From Macrostomum lignano (lineage: Eukaryota): 64,000 bases of DNA. Shown one piece after another: positions 62,384-64,000 of this stretch. The stretch lies in assembly GCA_002269645.1 (NCBI GenBank), contig NIVC01000224.1, positions 348,781 to 412,780 of the forward strand, in the 5' to 3' direction. The notes under the pieces are model-generated. The model was not told where the DNA came from. It saw only the letters and a program-made list of their open reading frames with translations, and searched no databases. The translations under genes were made by a program, and so were the position numbers. Every line of letters starts with the position of its first letter. Within the stretch, counting starts at the first letter, position 1.

Positions 62384-64000
<1,617 letters not shown>

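Overview
Eukaryotic (metazoan) genomic window. The long intronic minisatellites, Ala/Gly-rich inserts and divergent TOR sequence resemble a flatworm such as Macrostomum; this is inference and was not tested. The main feature is a complete 25-exon TOR kinase gene on the + strand (7456-56020; HEAT repeats, FAT, FRB, kinase, FATC). My hand-assembled exons total 8370 nt, about 2789 aa, in frame. It is followed on the same strand by a 2-exon PDCD2 gene (58351-60690) and the 5' part of a ZIFL1-like MFS transporter (about 62384 to the window end). 21 of the 24 TOR introns carry their own tandem-repeat array, with units of 5-44 bp and the largest array about 9.2 kb. Most long ORFs in the track are artefacts of these arrays. 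The upstream 7.4 kb is AT-rich and strongly CpG-depleted, and holds three different MITEs, each with TIRs and an exact TSD. There is a tRNA-derived SINE in intron 1 and a probable LINE 3' fragment in intron 6. The most promising leads are four. (1) A splice donor 6 nt after the TOR stop, plus unpaired acceptors upstream of PDCD2 and the MFS gene, suggests a 3'-UTR intron and a possible trans-spliced operon. (2) The one-intron-one-minisatellite architecture includes homologous units reused in opposite orientations, and units made of splice-site, box C/D, NF-Y or AP-1 motifs. (3) TOR carries natural substitutions at the positions of human Y2225 (Met) and T1977 (Ile). (4) The PDCD2 MYND finger is degenerate.
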